A stretch of 64,000 nt of DNA from Dehalococcoidia bacterium (GTDB taxonomy: Bacteria > Chloroflexota > Dehalococcoidia > Bin125): assembly GCA_963663895.2 (NCBI GenBank), contig CAXXRD010000004.1, forward strand, positions 59,139 through 123,138, in the 5' to 3' direction. Made by a program: the position numbers and the translations under genes. The notes under the pieces are model-generated. The model worked only from the letters and a program-made list of their open reading frames with translations. It ran no database searches and was not told the origin of the DNA. The first letter of the stretch is position 1, and the number at the start of each line of letters is the position of its first letter. Shown here in pieces: positions 9,620 to 17,972 of the stretch.

Positions 9620-10894
9620 CTAGCTGGGACGAACCTGGCCGTCGCCGCGCACGACCCATTTGTACGAGGTCAGCTCGCGCAGCCCCATGGGCCCGCGGGC
9701 GTGCATCTTTTGGGTGCTAATGCCGATCTCGGCGCCCAAGCCGAACTGCCCGCCGTCGGTGAACTGGGTGGAGGCGTTCACATAGACCGCCGCAGCGTCG
9801 ACCTCCCGCAGGAAGCGCTCGCCCAGCGCAGCGTCCGCGGTGCAGATCGCCTCCGAGTGGCCGGAGCCATGAACGGCGATGTGCTTCAGCGCCTCGTCGG
9901 CGCCGTCCACGACGCGCACCGCCGCGACGGGTCCCAGGAACTCGGTATCGAAGTCGTCGGGGCCGGCCGCGACCGTGTTCGCCCCCGTCTCTTCCAGGAT
10001 CGTCAGCGCTTCCCTGTCGGCACGGAACTGGATGTCCTTGTCCGTCCAGCGGGCAGCCAGCCTCCGCAGAAAGGGCGCGGCAATCTCGCGATGGACGATG
10101 AGGGAATCCATCGCGTTGCAGATCGACATGCGGCGGGTCTTGGCGTTGTCCACGATATCGAGGGCCGCGCCCGCATCGACGGTCGCGTCCACGTAGACGT
10201 GGCAGATGCCGACGCCGCCGGCCACGACCGGCATTTTGGCCTCGTCGCGCACGCGCCGGATCAGATCGGCACCGCCGCGCGGCACCATCAGGTCGATCAG
10301 GTCGCTCATCTGGAGCAGCTCGCCGACGAAGGTCCTGTCCGTACTATCGATGAACTGCAGGGAAGCGTCCGGCAAGGCGGCGGCGCGCAAGGCCTCGCGG
10401 CAGATCCCTGCCAGCACGCGGTTGCTGCGGAGCGCTTCCTTGCCGCCTCGCAGCACACAGGCGTTGCCGCTCTTGAGGCAAAGCGCCGAGATATCGATCG
10501 TGACGTTGGGACGGCTCTCGAAGATGGCGCCGATCACGCCCAAGGGCACGCGCACTCGCTGGATCCGCAAGCCGTTGGGCATGACGTGCTGCGCGATGGT
10601 CTCGCCTACCGGATCGTCCAGCGCGGCGATGCGACGCACGTCCTCCGCTTGCGCCGCCAAGCGCTCCTCAGTGAGCAGGAGGCGATCGAGGAAGGCAGCG
10701 CTGATTCCCGCCTCCTCCGCGTCGCGCATGTCCTGCGCGTTGGCGGCGAGGACCGCTTCGCACCGCTGCCGCAGGCCCGCGGCGATACCCTCCAGGGCAG
10801 CGTTCTTGGCGGCGCTTCCCGTATAGGCCAGCACGCGGCTGGCGGCGCGCGCGGCTTCCGCTTGCGCCCGGACGGTACCGAGCGAAGCAGTCAT
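9620..10894 (-). CDS. proA: Gamma-glutamyl phosphate reductase
   Basis: VPLGVIG.IFESRPNVT, ICNA, GSGHSEAI, NASTQFTDGGQFGLGAEIGISTQKMHARGPMGL. Confidence 0.97.
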   Translation of the reverse strand: MTASLGTVRAQAEAARAASRVLAYTGSAAKNAALEGIAAGLRQRCEAVLAANAQDMRDAEEAGISAAFLDRLLLTEERLAAQAEDVRRIAALDDPVGETIAQHVMPNGLRIQRVRVPLGVIGAIFESRPNVTIDISALCLKSGNACVLRGGKEALRSNRVLAGICREALRAAALPDASLQFIDSTDRTFVGELLQMSDLIDLMVPRGGADLIRRVRDEAKMPVVAGGVGICHVYVDATVDAGAALDIVDNAKTRRMSICNAMDSLIVHREIAAPFLRRLAARWTDKDIQFRADREALTILEETGANTVAAGPDDFDTEFLGPVAAVRVVDGADEALKHIAVHGSGHSEAICTADAALGERFLREVDAAAVYVNASTQFTDGGQFGLGAEIGISTQKMHARGPMGLRELTSYKWVVRGDGQVRPS

Positions 10895-11223
10895 CGATTC
10901 CGACCCTTGGCCGCGATCTCGGGGGGGTCGCCCTCGCCCAGGAAGAGATACTCGTCGCTGGTGATGCCGAAGCGTTGGCCGGCGCCCTGCACGACCTGGA
11001 TGGGGAAGAAATCGGAGCGATCGAGGGGACGCAGCTGGTACGGCCCGTGCAGCACGGAGGCCGGCGCCGTGAGCGAAGAGATCTTGCCGGACCAGCGATG
11101 CTCCCGGACACGGCCGTTGATGCTGGTTTCGATCTCCATATGCACGTAGCCCTCCGTCACCGGCCTCCCCCTCTTGGTGAGCACCAGCGCTGCGAACTCG
11201 CGCCGGCGACGCATGGTTGTCAT
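10891..11223 (-). CDS. Hypothetical protein between proB and proA
   Basis: ATGA overlap with the proA start; beta-rich sequence. Confidence 0.65.
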   Translation of the reverse strand: MTTMRRRREFAALVLTKRGRPVTEGYVHMEIETSINGRVREHRWSGKISSLTAPASVLHGPYQLRPLDRSDFFPIQVVQGAGQRFGITSDEYLFLGEGDPPEIAAKGRNR

Positions 11224-11285
11224 TTGCTGATCGCTCGCCCGTTCGTCAGCAGTGTAGCCGGGCCGGCAGAACCTTAAGCCGGAGG

Positions 11286-12377
11286 CTAGAGCAAGACCAG
11301 ATTGTCGCGATGGATCATCTCGTCCCTGTAGTGGTAGCCCAGTAACTCCTCGATCCGATCCGAGCGCCGCCCCCGGATCTGCGACGCCTCATCGGCGCCG
11401 TAGTTGCTGATGCCGACCGCGAGCCGCTCCCCGCCCGCGCCCTCCACGGCCACGATGTCGCCGCGCTCGAAGTCGCCGCGCACTTCGACGACGCCGACGG
11501 GCAGCAGGCTGCCGCTGTTGTGGCACAGCGCCCGTACGGCACCCTCGTCGATCACGAGGCGGCCAGCGCCCGCACCCAATCCGGAAAGCAGCCAGCGCTT
11601 GCGGCTCTCCGTGTGCGTGGACCCCGGCCAGAAACGCGTCCCCAGCGCTTCCCCGCCGACAATGCGCTGGAGCGCGTCCGGCTCGCGGCCGTTGGCGACC
11701 ACCACGGTGGTGCCGGTCCCGGTCGCCAGGCGCGCGGCTTCGACCTTGGCGCGCATGCCGCCGCGGCCGCCGCGGCCCGGCGGCCCGGCGTAGTCCGCCA
11801 CCGCATCGACATCCTCGACATCGCGGACCAGCTCAGCTTGCGGATCGGTGCGGGGGTCGCTGCGGAAAAGGCCGTCCACGTCGCTGAGGATGACCAGCAG
11901 ATCGGCGTCGATCAGGTTGGCGACCAGCGCGGAGAGGCTGTCGTTCTCGCCGAAGGCACCGCCGCGGAGCTCTTCATCCGCGACGACATCGTTCTCGTTG
12001 ATGATCGGCACGACGCCGAGGCGCAGGAGCGCATCGATGGTATTGCGCGCGTTCAGGTAGCCGCCACGTTGGGCCAGGTCGGCGCGGGTGAGGAGCGCCT
12101 GTGCCGCCATGAGGCCGTGCTCGTGCAGGAGGGTGTCGTAGCGCTCCACCAAGCGGCTCTGGCCGATCGCCGCAAGCACTTGACGGTCCGCGATGTCCCG
12201 CTGCAGGTGAGGGACGGCCAGGCGATCGCGACCAAGCGCCACGGCGCCGCTCGTGACGACCGCCACCTGCGCGCCATCCGTTGCCAGCGCCGCCACCTGG
12301 CGCACCAAGTCAGCCAGCACGGCCGCATCCAGCTGCCCACCGTCCGAGGTCAACAGCTTGCTGCCGAACTTCGCCAC
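11286..12377 (-). CDS. proB: Glutamate 5-kinase with PUA domain (5' end uncertain, see findings)
   Basis: KFGS, VTSGAV, AAIGQ, PIINEND, FGENDSLSA, GGM..K motifs and a C-terminal PUA domain ending IHRDNLVL. Confidence 0.95.
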   Translation of the reverse strand: MAKFGSKLLTSDGGQLDAAVLADLVRQVAALATDGAQVAVVTSGAVALGRDRLAVPHLQRDIADRQVLAAIGQSRLVERYDTLLHEHGLMAAQALLTRADLAQRGGYLNARNTIDALLRLGVVPIINENDVVADEELRGGAFGENDSLSALVANLIDADLLVILSDVDGLFRSDPRTDPQAELVRDVEDVDAVADYAGPPGRGGRGGMRAKVEAARLATGTGTTVVVANGREPDALQRIVGGEALGTRFWPGSTHTESRKRWLLSGLGAGAGRLVIDEGAVRALCHNSGSLLPVGVVEVRGDFERGDIVAVEGAGGERLAVGISNYGADEASQIRGRRSDRIEELLGYHYRDEMIHRDNLVLL

Positions 12378-12548
12378 GATCCGCAGGCTTCCGCCTTCCC
12401 CCCCCTGACAGCGCCTTGCGCGTCGGTCCCGGCCATAGGTCTCGCCTCGGTGATCCCTTCGCGATCACTGTAGAGCAGCGATTCGCCACAGCATGGCGTC
12501 TAGACAACGCTCGGCCGGACGCCGCGCCGCGACCGATACCATTGCAGG

Positions 12549-13676
12549 ATGCGAGAGCGCTGGCTCTACTGGCGGCACTGGTGGGCGGTCCACCTGCGAT
12601 GGTGGTGGAGCGACGCCACACTGCTCGTGCGGCGCAGCGTGCAGGAGTTCCTGGACGACCGCTGCACCTATCTGGCGGCCGGTATCTCCTATTACGCGCT
12701 GTTCTCCATCTTTCCGTTCGTGATCCTGTTCGTCTCAATCAGCGGCCTGGTCTTGCAAAACGAGGGGTTGCGCGAGGAGCTGATCGCCGAACTCACGGAG
12801 GCGCTCCCCTTATCGGAGGATGAAGGGCGCGACAACATCGAGGAGCTTGTCGATGGCGTCGCAACGAGTCTCTCGGCCCTCGGCCTGCTGAGCGTGATTG
12901 CGCTGATCTGGTCGGCGTCGGGAATGATGGGCGCGATCCGGCGGGCGCTGAACGAAGCGTGGGACACCGAGTTCCGCCGCCCCTTCCTGCAGGCCAAGCT
13001 GTTGGACCTCGCGATGATCATCGGCTTGGGCGTCCTCGTCATGCTGTCGATGGGCGCGACCCTCTTCTTGCAAGTCGCGCGGCGCGCGAGCGAGAGTCTG
13101 TCCGACGCCCTCGGTCCGGCAGGAGCAGGAGCCGCGATCGGCTTCGAGGTGCTGGCGGTCCTGGTGCCGCTGCTGCTCTCCTTCGGCGTCTTCTTGACGC
13201 TCTATACCGTGGTCCCGGCGGTGCAGACGCACTTCCGCCACGTCTGGCCGGGCGCGCTGATGGCCGCGGTTGGGTTCGAGGTAGTCAAGAACGCGTTCGC
13301 GATCTACCTGGCCACCTTCGGCAATTACGATGCCGTCTACGGATCGCTGGGCGCCGTGACGGCCTTCCTGTTCTTCGTCTTCCTCAGCGCCAACATCATG
13401 CTGTTCGGGGCCGAGCTGGCGGCGGAATGGCCACGAGTGATCCACGGGCACTACGACGCGACGCTCGACCGTCCGCCCGGCGGCTCGACCCGCAAGCAGC
13501 TCGTGGCGGCGGCCAAGGGCCTCTTCGTGGCTTCCTCACCGATGCCGAAGCATGTGGAGGCAGAGGCCGGAACGGCGCGCAAACAGCAGAAGGCCGAGCA
13601 CGTGGAGCGGGAGCTGGCCCGCCGCCGGGGACCGAGCGCTCGGGTGGACCCCGAGGCCGGGCGCGACGCGGACTAG
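12549..13676 (+). CDS. YihY/virulence factor BrkB family membrane protein
   Basis: AAGISYYALFSIFP, YDAVYGSLG, FGAEL motifs and several TM helices. Confidence 0.92.
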   Translation: MRERWLYWRHWWAVHLRWWWSDATLLVRRSVQEFLDDRCTYLAAGISYYALFSIFPFVILFVSISGLVLQNEGLREELIAELTEALPLSEDEGRDNIEELVDGVATSLSALGLLSVIALIWSASGMMGAIRRALNEAWDTEFRRPFLQAKLLDLAMIIGLGVLVMLSMGATLFLQVARRASESLSDALGPAGAGAAIGFEVLAVLVPLLLSFGVFLTLYTVVPAVQTHFRHVWPGALMAAVGFEVVKNAFAIYLATFGNYDAVYGSLGAVTAFLFFVFLSANIMLFGAELAAEWPRVIHGHYDATLDRPPGGSTRKQLVAAAKGLFVASSPMPKHVEAEAGTARKQQKAEHVERELARRRGPSARVDPEAGRDAD

Positions 13677-13688
13677 TACGGCCCCTGC

Positions 13689-16600
13689 CTAGAGCCGCCG
13701 TACACCGATCGTGACCAGCTGCCCGTCGATTCGCTCCTCCGAGGAGTAGGCATCGCCGGGCGGCGAATCGAACTGCAGATCGGTCGCGAGGGTTTCCGCC
13801 CGGACGTAAGCGGCGTGTGCCTCGACGGCGTCCTTGACATCGCCGGCGACGCGGAGCCAAAGCACGATCCGGTCGGCGAGTGCGAAGCCCGCGAGGCGGC
13901 GGAGGCTCTGGACGCGGTGCACCACCTCGCGCGCGGTCCCTTCCCGGGCCAGCTCGGCATCGATGGCCGTCGCCACGGCAACGGTGTAGGACCCGTCTGC
14001 GGCTACCGCGACATCCTCGCGTGGCTTCGATTCCACGAGCAGATCGCCGGCGCTCAACGCGAAGCCGGCGACCTCGACCGTGTCGCCGGCCGCAACCCGC
14101 GCCGCGATCGCCGCGCTTTCCGGATCGGAGAGCGCCTGGAGCGCGGCGCGCAGCCGGCCGACCTCTCTCCCGAGCCGCGGGCCCAGCACGGGCAGATTGG
14201 GCTTGATCGTCGCCGTCACCAACTCGGATGCCGCCTCGACCAAGACGAGCCGCTTCACGTTCAATTCGTCCAGCAGCATCTCCGCGTAGCGGCGCAGCGT
14301 CTCCCGATCGTCGTCCGAGCGCACGCTGACCAGCAGTTCTCGCAGCGGCTGCCGCACCTTAATCCCCGCATTGCTCCGCGCGGATCGCCCGAGCGAGGCG
14401 ACGCGCTGCACCTGCGGTATCGCTTCGTCGAGGGCGGCGACGCGGCGGGAACCGTCCGCGTTCGGCCAACGCGCGAGATGCACCGACTCGGGCGCGCCGG
14501 CGTCCACCGCGACTACCAAGTTGCGGTAGATCGCGTCGGAGAGATAGGGCGTGAACGGCGCCGTCAGCCGCGCCACCGTGACGAGAGCCTCGTAGAGCGT
14601 GTGGTAGGCCGCGGCCTTATCCGAGTCGTCCTCCGACTTCCAGAAGCGGCGGCGGCTGCGCCGGACGTACCAGTTGCTCAGCTGCTGGACGAAGTCCTCG
14701 ATCGCGCGCGCCGCGTTCGTCGGCGCGTAGGCGTCGAGATCCGCCGTCACCCGCTCGATCAGACCGTGCAGGGCGCTCAGCAGCCAGCGGTCCAACTCCG
14801 CGCGCTCAGCGGGAGGCGGGTCTGCGGGATCGAAGCCGTCGATGTTGGCGTAGGTAACGAAGAAGGAGTAGGTGTTCCAGAGCGTCAGGATGAACTTGCG
14901 CTGCGCCTCCCCCACCAGTGCGCTGCTGAACCGGCGCGGGTTGCCGGGTGGCGAGGCGGTGTAGAGATACCAGCGCAGTGCGTCGGCGCCGTGCTCCGCC
15001 AGCACCTGCCAGGGATCGACGACGTTTCCTTTGGACTTGCTCATCTTCTCGCCGGCCTCGTCCAGAACGTGGCCCACGGAGAGGACGTGCCGGTAGGCGG
15101 TGGGCTCCGGGATCGCGCCGGCGGCGTACAGCAAGACCGCCAATGCGTGCAGCGAGTAGAACCAGCCCCGCGTTTGGTCGATGCCCTCGCAGATGAACTC
15201 CGCCGGGAAGCGCTCCGCGAAGGTTTCCGGATTCTCGAAGGGGTAATGCCACTGGGCGTAGGGCATGGCGCCGCTGTCGAACCAGGCATCCGCTACTTCT
15301 GGAATACGGCGCATCGTCGCGCCGCAGGCGCGGCAGTCCAGCTCCAGCGCGTCAACGTAGGGGCGGTGCGGGTCCGGCAGCGCCACCGCCCCGCCGCGCG
15401 CGCGCGCGCGCAGCTCCGCGAAGGAGCCGATCGCTTCGCAGGCGTTGCAGCCCGCGCAGCGCCAGATCGGGAGGGGCGTGCCCCAGTAGCGCTCGCGGCT
15501 GATAGCCCAGTCGACGTTGTTGGCGATCCAGTCGCCGTAGCGGCCGTCACGGAGGTGCTGGGGATGCCATTGGATCAGCTCTTGGTTCGAACGGCGGAGC
15601 GTATCGCCCACTTTGGTCGTGGCGATATACCAAGATGGTTTGGCGTAGTAGAGCAGCGGCGTATCGCAGCGCCAGCAGAACGGGTACGTGTGGCGGATCG
15701 TGGTCGCATGGACGAGGCGCCCGCGCGCGCGCAGGTCGTCGATGATCTGCGGGTCCGCCTGCTTCACGAATAGGCCGCCGAAGGGCGAGCGTTCGCCGGT
15801 CAGGCGTCCGTCGAGACCAACGGGTTGTGCGAACACCAGCCCCTCCCGCCGGCCAAGGGCGTAGTCGTCGGCGCCGAAAGCGGGCGCGATGTGCACGATG
15901 CCCGTGCCTTCCTCCATTGAGACGAACTCGCCCGCGACCACGCGCCGCCAAGCGCGTCCGTCCGCAGGAGCTCGCCAGGCGCCGAGGCGGCCCTGATCGA
16001 ACTTCTGCAGTCGCACGCCCCAATCGCCCGGCTCGTACAGCCCTTCGTAGCGCAGGCCGAGCAGCTCGGCACCCGTGACGGCGGTCTCGACGGCCATCGC
16101 TTTGCCCAGCACCGTGGGGGCGAGCGCCTCGGCGAGGATCAAGCGCCCGCCGTGGCCGTCCGTCACAGCGACGTAGCGCTCGGCCGTGGCAACGGCGAGC
16201 GCGGTGTTGCCGGGGAGCGTCCAAGGGGTGGTGGTCCAAGCGAGCAGAAAGGTGTCATCGCCGGCGGCATCCTGCAAGGGAGCGGGCAGTGACTCCGCGG
16301 CGACGCGGAACTTCACGGTAATGCTGGGGTCTTCGGTGTTTTCCTGGTAACCCAAGGCCAACTCGTGGCTTGAGAGCGAGGTCTCGCAGCGGGGGCAATG
16401 GGGAGCGGTACGCCGGTCCTCGTAGATGAGACCGGCGTCCCAGAGCTGCTTGATGATCCACCAACAGGATTCGATGTAGGCCGGATCGTAGGTGACGTAG
16501 GCATCGCGCATATCCAGCCAGAACGCCGTGCGCTCCGTGAGATCCTCCCACTGCTGGACGTAGCGGAAAACCGAGTCGCGACACTTGGCGTTGAATTCCG

Positions 16601-16952
16601 CGATTCCATAGGCCTCGATCTCCGCTTTGGATCGCAGCCCCAGCTCCCGCTCGACTTCCAGCTCCACCGGCAGGCCGTGCGTGTCCCAGCCACCTTTGCG
16701 AGGCGAGCGATAGCCCCGCATCGTTTTGTAACGGGGGAAGAGATCCTTAAAGATGCGCGCCAAGACGTGGTGAACGCCGGGCACCCCGTTGGCGGTGGGC
16801 GGGCCTTCGTAGAACGTGTAGAGGGGACGCTCCGGCTCATCCTCGACGCTCCGTTCGAAGATGCGGCGCTCGCGCCAGAGAGCACGCAGATCTTGCTCGA
16901 TCTGCGTGAAGGGCATCTGACTGGCCACCGGTTGGAACCGTGCGTCCGGCAT
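13689..16952 (-). CDS. ileS: Isoleucine--tRNA ligase, type 2 (eukaryote-like)
   Basis: EGPPTANG.PGVHH, GWDTHGLPVE, WTTTPWTLP, DWAISRERYWG, EGIDQTRGWF and KMSKS motifs. Confidence 0.97.
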   Translation of the reverse strand: MPDARFQPVASQMPFTQIEQDLRALWRERRIFERSVEDEPERPLYTFYEGPPTANGVPGVHHVLARIFKDLFPRYKTMRGYRSPRKGGWDTHGLPVELEVERELGLRSKAEIEAYGIAEFNAKCRDSVFRYVQQWEDLTERTAFWLDMRDAYVTYDPAYIESCWWIIKQLWDAGLIYEDRRTAPHCPRCETSLSSHELALGYQENTEDPSITVKFRVAAESLPAPLQDAAGDDTFLLAWTTTPWTLPGNTALAVATAERYVAVTDGHGGRLILAEALAPTVLGKAMAVETAVTGAELLGLRYEGLYEPGDWGVRLQKFDQGRLGAWRAPADGRAWRRVVAGEFVSMEEGTGIVHIAPAFGADDYALGRREGLVFAQPVGLDGRLTGERSPFGGLFVKQADPQIIDDLRARGRLVHATTIRHTYPFCWRCDTPLLYYAKPSWYIATTKVGDTLRRSNQELIQWHPQHLRDGRYGDWIANNVDWAISRERYWGTPLPIWRCAGCNACEAIGSFAELRARARGGAVALPDPHRPYVDALELDCRACGATMRRIPEVADAWFDSGAMPYAQWHYPFENPETFAERFPAEFICEGIDQTRGWFYSLHALAVLLYAAGAIPEPTAYRHVLSVGHVLDEAGEKMSKSKGNVVDPWQVLAEHGADALRWYLYTASPPGNPRRFSSALVGEAQRKFILTLWNTYSFFVTYANIDGFDPADPPPAERAELDRWLLSALHGLIERVTADLDAYAPTNAARAIEDFVQQLSNWYVRRSRRRFWKSEDDSDKAAAYHTLYEALVTVARLTAPFTPYLSDAIYRNLVVAVDAGAPESVHLARWPNADGSRRVAALDEAIPQVQRVASLGRSARSNAGIKVRQPLRELLVSVRSDDDRETLRRYAEMLLDELNVKRLVLVEAASELVTATIKPNLPVLGPRLGREVGRLRAALQALSDPESAAIAARVAAGDTVEVAGFALSAGDLLVESKPREDVAVAADGSYTVAVATAIDAELAREGTAREVVHRVQSLRRLAGFALADRIVLWLRVAGDVKDAVEAHAAYVRAETLATDLQFDSPPGDAYSSEERIDGQLVTIGVRRL

Positions 16953-17169
16953 AGGCTAACAATACGGCGGTCCGCGCCTAGGAGCAGAGGTTGTCCGCGC
17001 AGCGGTCGCCATGGCCGCCCGCCGCTTACCCAGCCTCCGCCTCCGACGGCGTAAACGAGGGAGGGAAGCCGAGTGCGTCACGGCAATGATGGCGCAGGCG
17101 GCAGCAACGACGGGAAGCTCGCTCATCCGGCGCGCGCGGAGGCGCGCTTAGCGCGGATCGGAGACGTCA

Positions 17170-17454
17170 CTAGGGGGCGCGCTCGACGATGAGCGCGCGC
17201 GCGCGCCGGGCGATCGCGGCGCGCGTCTCCGCAGTGATCAGTGCACCGAACTCGCCGAGCCGTTCATTGACGAAGTCCTGGGCGGGGACGGAAGCGGTAA
17301 CGTCGTCACTGGCAAAGGCCTCCGCCACGAGCCCCGCCGCCAACGAACCGACCCGCGTCGTCGCGAGCTGCGCGAGCGCTGCATCGTCGATGGCATCGTC
17401 CGCCACGCGCTCCAGCAGACGAAGCAGGTGGCGGCGCGCGAGTCCCGTGGACAC
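17170..17454 (-). CDS. Hypothetical helical protein
   Basis: Starts 3 nt after the zinc-ribbon gene stop; plausible helical sequence. Confidence 0.6.
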   Translation of the reverse strand: MSTGLARRHLLRLLERVADDAIDDAALAQLATTRVGSLAAGLVAEAFASDDVTASVPAQDFVNERLGEFGALITAETRAAIARRARALIVERAP

Positions 17455-17457
17455 GGT

Positions 17458-17868
17458 CTAGCGCTCTGCCAGCTCCACAGGCGGAGCGCTGGGTGCAGGG
17501 TTGGGCTGCGCCGCCGCAGCCGCCGCCTCCTGCTCCTGACGCACCTTCGAGAAACAGGAGGAGCAGTAGACGGGCCGGTCGCCGCGGGGGATGAAGGGAA
17601 CCTCCGTCATCTCGCCGCACGTGGCGCAGGTCGCGGGATGCATCTGTCGTGGGGTACGGCCGCTGAACGAGGCGGCACCGCCGTAGCGCACGTAGCCGGA
17701 GTCACTCTCCAGAGTGCTGCGGGCGCTCTTCCGGGCGGCGCGGCAGTCCGGACAGCGGACGGGATCGTTCATCAGCCCTTTGCTGGCGTAGAACTCCTGC
17801 TCCCCGCCGGTGAAGACGAACTCACGGTTGCAGTCGCGGCAGGTGATGTTGCGATCCTGATAACTCAC
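17458..17868 (-). CDS. Zinc-ribbon / CxxC-x17-CxxC domain protein
   Basis: CRDC..FVFT.GEQEFY..KG....P.RCPDC plus CATC...PF.P..DRPVYCSSCF; GTG start with GAGGGGAG RBS. Confidence 0.92.
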   Translation of the reverse strand: MSYQDRNITCRDCNREFVFTGGEQEFYASKGLMNDPVRCPDCRAARKSARSTLESDSGYVRYGGAASFSGRTPRQMHPATCATCGEMTEVPFIPRGDRPVYCSSCFSKVRQEQEAAAAAAQPNPAPSAPPVELAER

Positions 17869-17892
17869 AGTGCTCCCCTCTGAGGTTCGGCG

Positions 17893-17960
17893 CTTAATCA
17901 AGAACCCCGCCAGGTGTGGCGGGGCGTTCATCGAACACCTGGAACGGCATCAGTATATCA
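17893..17960 (-). promoter_or_regulatory. Promoter and structured leader with alternative hairpins
   Basis: Extended -10 TGA-TATACT (17960-17952); CCCCGCCA/TGGCGGGG hairpin followed by TTCTT; competing CCAGGTGT/ACACCTGG pairing. Confidence 0.55.
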
Positions 17961-17972
17961 AACCCCGCAGCC

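Noticed and set aside
16953-17169. T-box riboswitch before ileS (also checked before cysS)
   Set aside because: No GGTGG-ACC T-box motif or terminator; cysS is only 44 nt from ispF
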